In this document: one piece after another, positions 21,987-32,673 of the stretch
How the letters are laid out: every line of letters begins with the position of its first letter
Position numbering within the stretch: position 1 is the first letter of the stretch
Assembly (NCBI GenBank): GCA_965240325.2
Contig: OZ251238.1
Span: 248,001 to 312,000, forward strand
Source: Rebecca billardiae RCC1528
Lineage: Eukaryota > Protista > Haptophyta
DNA: 64,000 nt
Direction of reading: 5' to 3'
Notes under the pieces: generated by a model
Seen by the model: only the letters and a program-made list of their open reading frames with translations
What the model was told of the DNA's origin: nothing
The model's database searches: none
Program-made: the position numbers and the translations under genes

Positions 21987-22911
21987 TCGGCGACGGCTTC
22001 ATGGGCGGTGACCGTTGGCGGGCGTCAGTCAATCTCGCCTGCCTGAGCTGTGTGCGTCTCTTATTCTTAGTTGGGCAGCGCAGGCATCCTCAGCGGCCAG
22101 GGCGACGACTTCCTCAACGGCCAGGGCGACGACTTCCTCAACGGCAAGGGCGACTACTTCCGCAACTCGGCAAGACCAAGGCCGCGCACACCGGCCAGGG
22201 CGACCCCATCCACCATCTGCACCACGGCATCCGCAACTCGAACACGGCCTCAGAACGTCGACGCGTACAAGTACATGATGGCCAAGGCCGGCGACGACTG
22301 CAAATACTACAGCGGCATCCCTGGGCACCTACTGCCTCCGTGTGATCTGACGAGCATCGGCGACGACTAGGTCCTCACCCGCGGCCAACGCGCTCACACC
22401 CTCTGTCTCCAATCAGTACTTCAACAGACGAATCAGGAGAGCTGCTGCGCCCGCCTCGTGCATGTGTCTTTAAATCATATAGAACTATAGTAAACTTCCG
22501 GCGGCGGCGCTACCAGCCTACCATCGGCATCGGCGACGGCTTCATGGGCGGTGACAGTTGGCGGGCGTCAATCTCGCCTGCCTGAGCTGTGTGCGTCTCT
22601 TATTCGTATAGTAATTATAAACTGTATACTGGTAGCTGCTAGCAGAATTAAAACAGGCCCCGGCCAATTCAATGACTCGACATCACTAATAACGACAGCA
22701 TATATGATGCAGTCTCCTCAACCTTCCTTAGGCGGCGCTACCATCGGCGACGGCTTCATGGGCGGTGACAGTTGGCGGGCGTCAATCTCGCCTGCCTGAG
22801 CTGTGTGCGTCTCTTATTCTTAGTAAACTGTACTGTGTGCGTCTCTTATTCTTAGTAAACTGTAATCTCGCCTGCCTGAGCTGTGTGCGTCTCTTATTCT
22901 TAGTAAACTGT
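21987..22911 (+). repeat. Cluster of five direct repeats sharing the 3' block ...CTGTGTGCGTCTCTTATTC(TTAGTAAACTGTA)
   Basis: Copies at ~21987-22071, 22530-22605, 22744-22832, 22833-22864 and 22865-22911. Confidence 0.9.
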
Positions 22912-22932
22912 GTCTACGTGACCACCTCCGCA

Positions 22933-24138
22933 ATGGAGTGTGGCCGCCCCGCCGCTGACCAGGCGATGCGCGGGCCGGCGGGGGAGGGGTCGACGCGGGT
23001 GCGCGCGGTGGTGGACGAGACGGCGCGACTCGTCCGCGACGTGCGCGCCTGAATCGACCCGGCCTGCAGCTTCACCGTGGATGCGTGCGTCACTGGCAAC
23101 GGTGACGTGCGCTTCAAGGTGTTCGTGTCAGGCAACTCCCCTGGGGACGTGGACGGTGCGGCGACCCCACAGGGCGGGGCTGGGCGTCCGAACAGGAGCC
23201 GCGGCCCCGCCCCCAGCGCACCGGCCCGCGGGCCGGTCCCGCCTCGCAAGGGGGGGGCAGCCACGCCAGTCTCTGGTGTGCCTGGTGCTGCGAAGAGGTC
23301 CAAGAGTTGGAAGAAGAAGCACCGCGCGGACGGCTCGCTGAGGCCGGCTGCGGGTACGCGACGGGTCAATCGTGCTGACAAGGCGCGTGCGGGCCCGACG
23401 CCGCAGCTTCCCAACTCTGGCCCCTTCCGCGAGCTTGCGCCTTCGGCATCGTCGGAGCCGTCGTCGCGGCCGTCCCGCATGTCTTCGGACAGCCCAGAGG
23501 CCGAGGGCGGCCATCGCCCTCAGGGTGATGGCGCCCCGGCTGCGGCGTCTGGGCATGCGGGCGCGGCGTCGGCGACGACCAACGAGGTCGTGGGCGCGCT
23601 CTTCGCGGGCCCACTCGCCCCGATGGGGCGTGGGGCCGCGCCTGGCCCTGCTCACAAGGTGTATGTGTTCGAGGCAGGCAAAGGCTCTGTGCCACAACCG
23701 GGGTAGGTGGGCAGCCAGGGGCTGGCGGCAACCGAGAGGGGCCGCTTTCCCCCGCCCCCGCTGCTTGCGAAGGCGGCGGGGGTGCGCTGCTTGCCTCCGC
23801 GGGCGAGCAGCGCGCAGTTTACGCCGGGCATGTGGACCTGCCCACCCTTCATCTTCCAGTTCTTCCCTTCGGCTGGGGCTCGATCAGTCGACGCGGCGTC
23901 GCTCACAGCGCAGGCAGGTGTTTGGCGTGGCTGCACTCTCGAGGTGGCTGGGATACAACATCCAGGTGCAGCACCCTCCCCGTGTGGTGTCAGAGCGCGC
24001 TCTCGAGCGCGTGCCTCCGAGCGCGGGGCGGCCGCTTGCTGCAATGGCCGCCTCGATGAGGTGCGGCAACGCGCCCCTCACCTGCCTGCGCCGGTCTGTT
24101 TTGTGGCGGTGTCTTTGTGCAGTGTTGGATGGCGTTAA
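22933..24138 (+). pseudogene. ~400-codon reading frame interrupted by two in-frame stops (element cargo)
   Basis: ORFs 22765..23052, 23077..23706 and 23707..24138 are in one frame. ATG at 22933, TGA at 23050-23052, TAG at 23704-23706. Confidence 0.4.
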
Positions 24139-24167
24139 TCACGCCTTAACCAAGTGTGCACGTTAAA

Positions 24168-25520
24168 TCATAGTAAACTGTAATCTGTATAGCCCCTACA
24201 CTCTGGCTGCGCGGCCTCCATGGCGCGCAAGCGCGTCTCGTGCGCCTCGATCTGCTTGACCGATTGGTCCACCGTGTCGCAGTACAGCCAGAGCGGCAGC
24301 GCGTCGAAGGGCTGCTCGATCGCCGAGGCGATGTCCTCCACACCCAGCAGCAGCCACGCGACGGCCACCGACACGATCGGCGTCCCCTGCGGCCCGACGA
24401 CGGGGTACATCGCCGCGGGGATGGAGAGGCACCACAGCAGGAGGAAGCGCGAGAGGTGGTTCGTGAACGGCGTGTAGATCGGCGTGCGCATCAGCCGCTC
24501 GCACCCGCCGAGCACGTTGCACAGCATGAGGAGGCGGTCGTCCAGCGACTGGCACGCGACGGGGTTGGCGCAGCCCGCGTCGCGCGCGCGACGCACGACC
24601 GCGCTCAGCTCGTGCAGCACGTGCAGGGGGCGGCCGGCGGGTTCACAGGCGAGCAGCTCGCGGCGGAATGCCGCCGCCTCGCCCTCGCGCAGCACGCCCT
24701 CGCCGGCCGCCCACGCGAGCGCCACCTCGTCATCGAGGGCCGCGTCGATGTCCTGTCGCACGTCCGAAGCGGGCCGGTTGCGGAGGGCGATGTGCTGGTT
24801 GCCGCCGTCGTACGTCAGGTGGTACTTGAGCGTGAGGGCCAAGGTGGAGAGCAGCCGGATCGCGCGCGCGCGCTCGCTGCGCCGCGCCGGCGTGTCCGGC
24901 GGGATGACTGAGAGCATCCGACTCGCGAGGTCGCGGCACGTGTTGAGCTGCGTGCCCCAGAGCGTGCGACCCTCGACATAGCGTGCGTGGCACGTCTGGA
25001 TGCGGAAGGTGACGAGCATGCCGAGGGCGAAGGCGGAGAGCGTGTACGGCTCGAGTGGCAGCGTGATCTGGTCGGGGTGCAGCAACAGATCCCACCCGGG
25101 CTGCTCGACGTACGTCGCGTCCGCACCCTCCGCCACGCGGGTGTTGTGCTGCACGATCGCCGCTGATGCGCCCGCGACGAGCGCGAGGTCCGGCAGCAGC
25201 AGCCGCCGGAGCGTCTGCGAGCTGAGCAGGCCGGGGCCCCATTGCATGAGGTGGCGCGATGCGCGCTCGTGCTCGGACCACTCGCGAAGCGAGTAGTTCA
25301 CGTCGACGGGCGTGCTGCGCCACATGGGCCAGATGCCGCCGAGCAGACGGCCGATCGAGTGGTCACCGTCCGTGCTGCGGCAGATGAAGACGAGGCCAGC
25401 GCGATCGGTGCGCGGCCGACGTGCGAGGATTTCCTCGCGCGTCGGCGCCTTCGTCGACAGCGGCCGTCGGCCGAGCCCGCGCCGCGCGATCGCGACCGCT
25501 GTCCGCGTGCTCGTAGACAT
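24168..25520 (-). CDS. Bestrophin-like anion channel, UPF0187/YneE (BST/VCCN-like) family, 450 aa
   Basis: GMLVTFRIQTCHARYVEGRTLWG (FRxxxxxxRxxExRxxWG), GGCERLMRTPIY..F..HLSRFLLLWCLS.P, LLGVEDIASAIEQPF. Start placed at ATG 25520 (MSTSTRTAVAIARRGLGRRPLS). Confidence 0.9.
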   Translation of the reverse strand: MSTSTRTAVAIARRGLGRRPLSTKAPTREEILARRPRTDRAGLVFICRSTDGDHSIGRLLGGIWPMWRSTPVDVNYSLREWSEHERASRHLMQWGPGLLSSQTLRRLLLPDLALVAGASAAIVQHNTRVAEGADATYVEQPGWDLLLHPDQITLPLEPYTLSAFALGMLVTFRIQTCHARYVEGRTLWGTQLNTCRDLASRMLSVIPPDTPARRSERARAIRLLSTLALTLKYHLTYDGGNQHIALRNRPASDVRQDIDAALDDEVALAWAAGEGVLREGEAAAFRRELLACEPAGRPLHVLHELSAVVRRARDAGCANPVACQSLDDRLLMLCNVLGGCERLMRTPIYTPFTNHLSRFLLLWCLSIPAAMYPVVGPQGTPIVSVAVAWLLLGVEDIASAIEQPFDALPLWLYCDTVDQSVKQIEAHETRLRAMEAAQPECRGYTDYSLL

Positions 25521-25804
25521 CGCGTGCGGATCGGATCGGCGTGGCTCGCGTGCTCCGAAGGTGTGGCAGTGCGGTTCCTTCAGCACTGAGCACCGCTTGA
25601 GATCTGCGAAAAGAATATGAGATGTCGGTTCAGATCGTCATTGTCACTAAGCGGTCAGGACGAGATCTCCGATCGTCTCAGATATCACGACCACAAATCA
25701 TCTCCCAAAAGGCCAATAACACGGCGTCCCCAAGCAGTCGCATGATAAATTTTGCCGACGAAAGTCGAGAGCCAGGCAGGAGGACCCAATCTGTTTCAAC
25801 TCAC

Positions 25805-26893
25805 TCACTCGTCGGCGACGTGCACGACGACCTTGCCGTGCGCGTGGTTGCTTTTCTGCAGGTCGAAGGCCCGGCGCACGCCCTCCTGCGTGAAGGGCAG
25901 CGGGCAGGCGGGCTCGAGCACGGGCCGGAACGCGCCCTCGGCCGCAAGCTGCGCGACGCGAGCGATCTTTCCGCCCTCGGGATCGACGCCGAGCACGAAG
26001 CGCCACTTCGGCCCTTTGCCGAACGAGCTGACGAGCTGGCGCAGCGCCACGCCGCCCATCACGCGCACGAGCCCGAGCGGGCTCCTGATCTCGAAGTAGG
26101 GGTCATCGCCCATCACGATCGAGTTGTACCGCGCGCGCGGCGCAAGAGCGCGTGCGCGCCGCGCGGTCCGCCACGCGTGCTTGCCGGCGACGCAGTCGAA
26201 GACGACGGTGAACGGGCGCGCGACGTACTCGGGCAGCTCCCACCAGCGCTGTGTGCGGTAGTCAATCACGCGGTCCGCCCCCAGCTTGGTCAGCATCTCC
26301 TCCTGCGTCGACGTGGCCGCGACGTGTTCGGCGCCCCGGTGCTTGGCCAGCTGCACGAGGTGCGCGCCCACGCCGCCCGCGCCGCCCAGGATCAGGACGC
26401 GGTCGCCCCGGCGGATGAGGTCCGAGGCGAGCATCGCCGTGAGCGCGCTCGAGGGCAGCGCCGCGCCCTCGTCCGCCGACAGGTCCGGGTGCAGGTGCGC
26501 CGTGGCCGAGGCCTTCACGGCAGCAAACTCGGCCAGACCGCCGCGCGGGCCGGCGTCGCTAAACATGGCGATGACGCGGTCGCCCTCGCGGAAGCCGGCG
26601 GCGCGCGCCTCGGCCGAGAGCTCGACGACGATGCCGCTCACGTCGCCCCCGAGAACGTACGGGAAGGACTTTGGCTTCTGGAACATTGCCGCCTGGCCGG
26701 AGAGCACGCGCACGTCGCCTGGGGCGAGCGAGCACGCCAGCACGCGCAGGAGGAGCTGGCCCTTGCCGATGGTCGGGCGGGGCACGCTGGGCTCGTCGAG
26801 GAGGTGGATCGCGTGGCTCACGTCTAGACTCGCCGCGCTGCCGCTCCACTTCTGGATCGCCGCGATCGTCGCGGCGCGCATCAGGGCCGGCAT
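25805..26893 (-). CDS. NADPH-dependent MDR-family (quinone oxidoreductase/RTN4IP1-like) enzyme
   Basis: P.IGKGQLLLRV, PYVLGGDVSGIV, GGLAEFA, AALP...LTA, GDRVLILGGAGGVG, LGADRVIDY, HAHGKVVV. Confidence 0.92.
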   Translation of the reverse strand: MPALMRAATIAAIQKWSGSAASLDVSHAIHLLDEPSVPRPTIGKGQLLLRVLACSLAPGDVRVLSGQAAMFQKPKSFPYVLGGDVSGIVVELSAEARAAGFREGDRVIAMFSDAGPRGGLAEFAAVKASATAHLHPDLSADEGAALPSSALTAMLASDLIRRGDRVLILGGAGGVGAHLVQLAKHRGAEHVAATSTQEEMLTKLGADRVIDYRTQRWWELPEYVARPFTVVFDCVAGKHAWRTARRARALAPRARYNSIVMGDDPYFEIRSPLGLVRVMGGVALRQLVSSFGKGPKWRFVLGVDPEGGKIARVAQLAAEGAFRPVLEPACPLPFTQEGVRRAFDLQKSNHAHGKVVVHVADE

Positions 26894-27494
26894 TGGCAGC
26901 CCGGGGCGCCGCGGGTGGGTAAATAAGGCTGCCGCGATTGGTTAGCGGAAACTCTTGGAAATGGCGTGGCATATCCCCTCCGCCTGGCTCGATAGCTGCT
27001 ACCACGCCACCAGTAGCTGTTGTACATAGCTCACGCGAAGTCGGATACTATTGTCGTACTACTAGGCTAAGGCAGGTGATGATCCTAACCTATACTGTGA
27101 CTCAATTGAGCCGCTGTCTATGGCAGTGTCTTCGTCCGCGCGCTGTACTTACTGTCTGTTAATCTACCGACTGCGAATCTATTGCGCTATCACTCAGAGT
27201 CTCAGACTGACGAGTGACGTCGACCAGGCGGACACTGGCTGCACAGCCTGTACCGGTAGGCGGTACGCTGCCTGCTGCGCGACCGCCTGGCCACTTACGG
27301 CGCTGCCGATCCGACCTGCGGAACCGCGACTCTGCTGTCAAGTGAGTGTCATGCTGTTGACTACGCGTAGTCCGCGGCCCTGGCGACGATAGCGATGGGC
27401 ATGCATGCTTGTGGCGATGATGATTGCTGGTAAACTCCGGAAGAATGCGGCCGGCTCCGCTGCACGGCGGCCTGCGCGCGCGGCGCGACCGCGG

Positions 27495-28114
27495 CTATCT
27501 CGCGCTGTCGGGCTGCAGGTGGGGGCGATGGTGCCCGGGTACGGGCACCGCGCCCAGCGGCGCGCCACTCTCTGCGCCGCCGACGCGCCCGGCCGCAGCC
27601 CCGGCCGCGTGCGGTCTGCACTGCACGGTCGCGCTGACGGGTCCGCTCGTCGCCGCCAGCGCGGGCGCGGGCGCGGACGTCGCCGTCGCGGAGAGCAGCA
27701 GCAGCCCGTCGACGCCATCGGCCGGGACGCAGCGCACGCCGCCCGGCGGGGCGCCCACAAAGCCCAGAGGCGCCGAGGCGTGCGGCTGCAGCGCGTGCGT
27801 CGGCAGGCCGGAGTGCGTCGCGCCCGGCGCGCCGTGGAGCATGGGCGGCGGCGCGTGCAGGTGCTGTGCGCCGCCGTGCGGCAGCTGCTGCGCGCCCGGC
27901 AAGCACGGCTGCGGCTGCTGCAGCTGCGCCATCGCGGCGCCGGCTGGGCCGTGCGCCGCGCACATGGGCGCGAGCTGAGGCGCGGGGGCTGGCGCCATCG
28001 ACATCCCGACACGCAGCCCCGAGGGCGGCACGCCAACGGGCGCGAGCGCGTACGAGCCCGCGGGCATCATCGCGTGCAGCTGCTGCGCCGGTGGCGGCGG
28101 TGGGGCCAGCGCGA

Positions 28115-28167
<53 letters not shown>

Positions 28168-30660
28168 GGTAGCAGGGCCATCGTGCCGGGCGGCAGCGGC
28201 TGCTGCCCTGCCGCCGGCTGCGCCATCATCTGCTGCGCGTGCAGCTGCTGCCCCTGCAGCTGGCGCTGCAGCTGGGCGAACTGCGCCGCGCTGAGCTGCA
28301 CCACCTGCGCACCGCCCGCGCCCGGCTGCAGCAGCAGCAGCTGCTGCTGCTGCGGCGGCGCGAGCTGCGGCAGTCCGTGCGGCATGGGCGGCGCGGGCGA
28401 TGCGCCGCCCAGCTGCTGGGGCAGCGGCGCGTGCTGCTGCTGTGGCGGCAGTGCGGGCTGCTGCTGCAGGTGCGGCGGCGGCTGCAGCGGCGGCGGCTGC
28501 TGATAGGACGGATGCGGCTGCACCTGCGCCTGCATCTGCGGCTGCAGCGCGGGCATGCCGCCGCCGCCCACGCTCACCGGCGGCGCCGCCAGCCCGCCGT
28601 GCGGCGCGGGCTGCTGAAGCCCCGCGCCCGCTGGCCGCGCACCCGCCAGCTGGTGCGAGCCCGCGACACCGTGCGCCGGCGCGCCGGCGCACTGCGCCGG
28701 CACGGCGCCGTCGATCGGCAGCAGCAGCGGCTGCCCCGCCGAGCTGCCGAGCCACTGCGCGTGACACGCAGGGTGCCGTGGCACGGACACCATGCGCGCG
28801 CCCGCCATCGCCGAGCCGACGCCGCCGGCCGCGGGCACGGCGGTGCCGGCCATCGGCCCGTGCAGCGACGGCTGCGCGCACGGCTGCGGCATGCCGAGCG
28901 GCGGCGCGGGCGGCACGGAGGCGACCGCGGCGCAGGAGAGCGCCGGGTACAGCGGCGTGGGCGCGCCCGGCGGCGCCGTCGTCGAGACCACGCTCACGCC
29001 TCCGGGGTAGTAGCCGGAGGTGATACTGGTGCGCGCGGGCGCGGGCGCGGGCGCCGGGCCCGCCGCCTGCGCAGCCGCGTGCGCGTGCGCGGCCATCTGG
29101 CACACGCCGCCCTGGTGCGGCGGCGGTGGCGCCGCGCCGTGCGCGGGCAGGGCGTACGGCTGCATCGCGGCGTAGACGAGCTGCCCCTGCGCGTGCGCGT
29201 GCGCGTGCGCGTGCAGCCCCCCGCCGAGCAGCTGCTGCGCGCCCTGGCCCTCCGCCAGCGCGAGACCGGCGCCGCCAACGCCCAGCTGCAGCAGCTGGTG
29301 CGGGGCACCGCTCGCCAGCTGCAGCTGCACCGGCAGCGGCACGCCGCCGGGCAGCTGCAGTATCAACGACGCGCCCGCCGCCCCGCCCGGCACCGCCGGC
29401 ACGGCGGCATGCTGTCCCGCCTCGTGCGCGCTGGGGGCCAGCGAGTGAAGAGGAGGCGGCACAGACGCGAGCGCCGCGCGGCTGCCGTCGTGCTGCGGCG
29501 GCGGCCGCGGCGGCCGCGGCGGGCTGTGGCGCGGCCGGGGCCCCGAGGGCGACGCGGCGGCGCGCCCCGTCGGCGAGGACGCGCCCGCGCCGCGCGAGAG
29601 CGGCTGCCCGCCCCTCGGCACCGAGAGCTCGGCCGAGCGGCTGCGGTCGTGCGCCGCGCGCCGAGGGCTGTGCGCGCCAGCCTCGCTGCCGCGGCGCGCG
29701 TCGAGGCCCAAGGCGCCGCCGTCGGCGCCGTCGGCGCCGTCGGCGCCGTCGCCCGGGCCCGCGGCCACCGGGTCGTCCGCTGCCTGCGGCGACACGCCGC
29801 GCGGCGCGTCCAGCTCGGAGGGCGGCGGCGAGGACGAGTCGCCGCCGTCGTTGAGCGCGGCGCCGTCGCCGCTGCCGCTGCCGCCCATCACGTCTCCGCT
29901 GCCGTCGCCCGATCCCGTGCCCTCCTCCTCGCCCGCCGCCTCCGCCTCCTCTGCCTCGGCCTCTTCTCGCACGGCGTGCCGCGTGTGCTCCGGGCCGATC
30001 AGCTCGCACGACGCCGTCGCGCCGCCGCGCGGGGCGCCGTCGCGCGCGGCGCGCGCGCCAGAGCCACTCGTGCGGCCGCCGCCGCTGCCGGACGCGCCTC
30101 CGAGCGGCGCGAGCAGCGTCCGCCCGGACGAGCCTGGGCCGACGGAGGCGGAGTTGAGGCCGCCGCACGAGTTGAGGTTCCACGTCGTGCTCTCGCCGCC
30201 CTTGTGCGCCACGGCTCCGTTCGACGTGAGGCGGCCGATGCCGGGAGGCGTCGGCGGCGGCCGGCCCGAGCCGCAGCCGCCGCCGCCGCCGCCGCCGCCG
30301 CCCGCCTTGGGCTTGGTCGGCTTGGGCGCGGGCGCGCTCGCGTGCTGCTCGGCGGGGCCGCACGCGCGCGCGGACGCGGTGCGCGTGCGCTTCGAGTGCG
30401 GCCCGACAATCACGGCGGAGCGGCCGCCCGAGCCTCCCGAGCCCCAGCCGCCGCTGCCGCTGCCGTGCCCGCTGCCGTCCGCCGAGCCGCTGCCGCCGTC
30501 CGCGTCGCCGTCCGCAACGTCAACGTCGGCGCCAGAGCCGCTGCCGTCCGCGTCGGCCTCAGCGCCGCTGCCCGAGCCGTCGCCGCCCGAGCCATCGCCC
30601 GAGCCGGAGCCGCCGGCCTCGCCGCTCGCGGCGTTATCGCCCGAGCCCGTGCCGCCGCTC

Positions 30661-30694
<34 letters not shown>

Positions 30695-32673
30695 TGCGAT
30701 CGGCCTCGGCGCTGCCGCCGCCCGAGCCCGAGCCGTCGCCCGAGTCGTCGCTCGCGCCGCCGGCGCTGCCCGTGCGGTCGGCGTGCTCGGCGGTGCCGAC
30801 GGCGCGCCCAGCCGTCGCCGAGGCGAGCGCACCCGCCTGCTTGTCCGCCGGCCCGCGCGTGAGCGCCCAGCCGAGCCCGCCCGCTCGTGGCGGCGCCGAC
30901 TCTGCGACGGCGAGTGCGGACGCCCCCGACCGAGCCTTCCGAGCCTTTCGGCCGGTGGTCGAGGCGGCGCCGCTCTCGCGCCGCGTGGGCGGCGGCATGC
31001 CCGCGGCGTTGGTGCGGTCTCTCCACGACGGGTGCGACGGCGCCCCGTTGCCGTGGCCGCACGCGCTCGCGGCGAGCGCCGACGCGCGCGCGACCGAGGC
31101 GGGCGTGAGCGTCTGCTGGCACGCGCCGCCGTGCGCCTGCGGCGCGGACGTCGCCGTCGCGTGGCCGAGCGGCGCGGGCTGCGCGGCGGGCTGGGGCGCG
31201 GCGGCGGGCGGCAGCGCGGCGGCGAGCGGCGCGGGCTCCGAGCCTTGCTCGGACGAGCGCGTCGGCAGCGACGGCTGCGGCACGGGCGCGCTCACGCCCG
31301 TGCCGAGCGGCCCGGTACTCGCCGTCGCCGGCTGCGCGGCGGCGCGCCATGGCCCGCTGTCGGCCGCGTGCCCGCCCGGCGCGAGCTGGCCGAGCGCGCC
31401 GGCGGTGGTGGGCGAGGGCTGCACGCCGAGCGGCGGGCGCAGCCTCTGCTGCGCCGACGTGTCCAGCGGCGCCGGCCGCGGCGGCGGCTGGCCGAGCACG
31501 GCCGCGGACGCGTGCCACGGCAGCTGCGCGAGGCTCGCGGCCGGCGCGGACGCGGGCGCGCACGTGCACGCCGGCTGCAGCTGTCGCTGCGACTGCTGCG
31601 CGTGCGCGAGCGAGTGCGGCACCGCGGCGTGAGCTATTGGCGCGGAGCCCGCGCTGCCCTGCGCCGCCGCCGACGCCGCCGGCAGCGCCGCCGCGAGCGG
31701 CTGCAGCGCGAGCGCGGGCGCGGCGCCGGGCGAGCCCGCCGCGGCCTGGTGCCCGACGGGTGCGCCGGCCGAGAGGAACAGCGGCAGCACGCCGGGCGTG
31801 AGGTAGAGCGCGGGGCCGACCGAGCCGGCGGGCGGCTGGATCTGCGCCGGCGCGGGCGGCTGCGCCAGCAGCGTCCTCGCGCCCGGCGCCGCGGCCGGGT
31901 TGAGCGGCGAGGGTGCGGCGGCGGCGGCGCCGCCGCCGCCGCCGGCGGCGCCCCCGGCCGGCTGCAGCGGCACGCTCGCCGAGCGGATGAAGAGCGGCGC
32001 GCCGTCCGGCCCCTTCTCGAGGCCGGGCGGCAGCGGCTGGATCGGGCGGTGCATCTTGCGCGCCGGCAGCCCCGCGCTCCGCGTGTCCGCGCCGCGCTTA
32101 TGCGCGCCGCGGCCGAGGCGTGACGAGCGGGCGGGCGCCGAGCCGAGCGACCCGCTCGTTTCCAGCCCGCTGCACGCGCCGTCCGCGCTCGAGGCGGGCG
32201 CGGCTACGGGCTTGCCCACCGCCTTGAGCTTTTGCCTCCGGTTCTGAAACCAGACCTGAACCGTGCGTGGAGACATCCGCAGCGATTCGGCGAGCGACTG
32301 GCGCAGCGCTTGCCTCGGGAGCGGATCACGCTCGAAGACCTGCGCGGCGGCGGCGGCGGCGGCGGCGGAGGCGGCGGGCGGCGGGCGGCGGCGGCGGCGC
32401 ACGCGGCGCGCGCGGCGAGGGGATTGTGTCGGCGGGCGACGCCACGGGCTCGGGAGAGCACGCACGAAGCACGCCCACCCATCCCCACCCGCCGCGCGCG
32501 CGCGCGCTCACCTCCTCCAGGGCGGCGAGCTGCTGCTTGGAGATCTTTGAGCGCTTTGTCGACCGTCGCTGCTGCGTCGTCATCGCCGGGAGGTCGGTGC
32601 GTGGCACCGCTGCCGCCGAGAGGGCGGCAACGTCTGCCGAACGGCTGTCGGGTGGTTCGCTTGGGAGCGGCAT
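27495..32673 (-). CDS. Homeodomain transcription factor with very long low-complexity tail (~1668 aa); complement(join(27495..32339,32512..32673))
   Basis: The spliced homeodomain RSKISKQQLAALEE|VFERDPLPRQALRQSLAESLRMSPRTVQVWFQNRRQKLK spans a GT-AG intron at 32340-32511. It is followed by Gly/Ser, Pro/Ala and poly-Q tracts. The start could alternatively be ATG 32583, and further introns in the tail cannot be excluded. Confidence 0.85.
28116..28166 (-). repeat. Pure (CAG)17 poly-glutamine tract in the homeodomain gene
   Basis: Uninterrupted CTG array on the + strand. Confidence 0.95.

Larger units (their letters stand above)
20981..24180. mobile_element. Tc1/mariner-like composite element (~3.2 kb) with TA TSD and stacked internal right ends
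   Basis: Left end TA|CAGTTTATTTGTTTTAACGTGC versus the reverse complement of the right end TA|CAGTTTACTATGATTTAACGTGC. TA at 20979-20980 and 24181-24182. Confidence 0.65.

Noticed and set aside
21987-22911. CRISPR-like or integron-like array
   Set aside because: Repeat and spacer lengths are irregular, there is no cas or integrase gene, the context is eukaryotic, and the shared motif matches a transposon TIR.
24168-26893. Functional gene cluster (MFS, bestrophin, oxidoreductase in the same orientation)
   Set aside because: There is no shared pathway logic, and the MFS gene is separated from the other two by a TE block; this looks like ordinary eukaryotic gene order.
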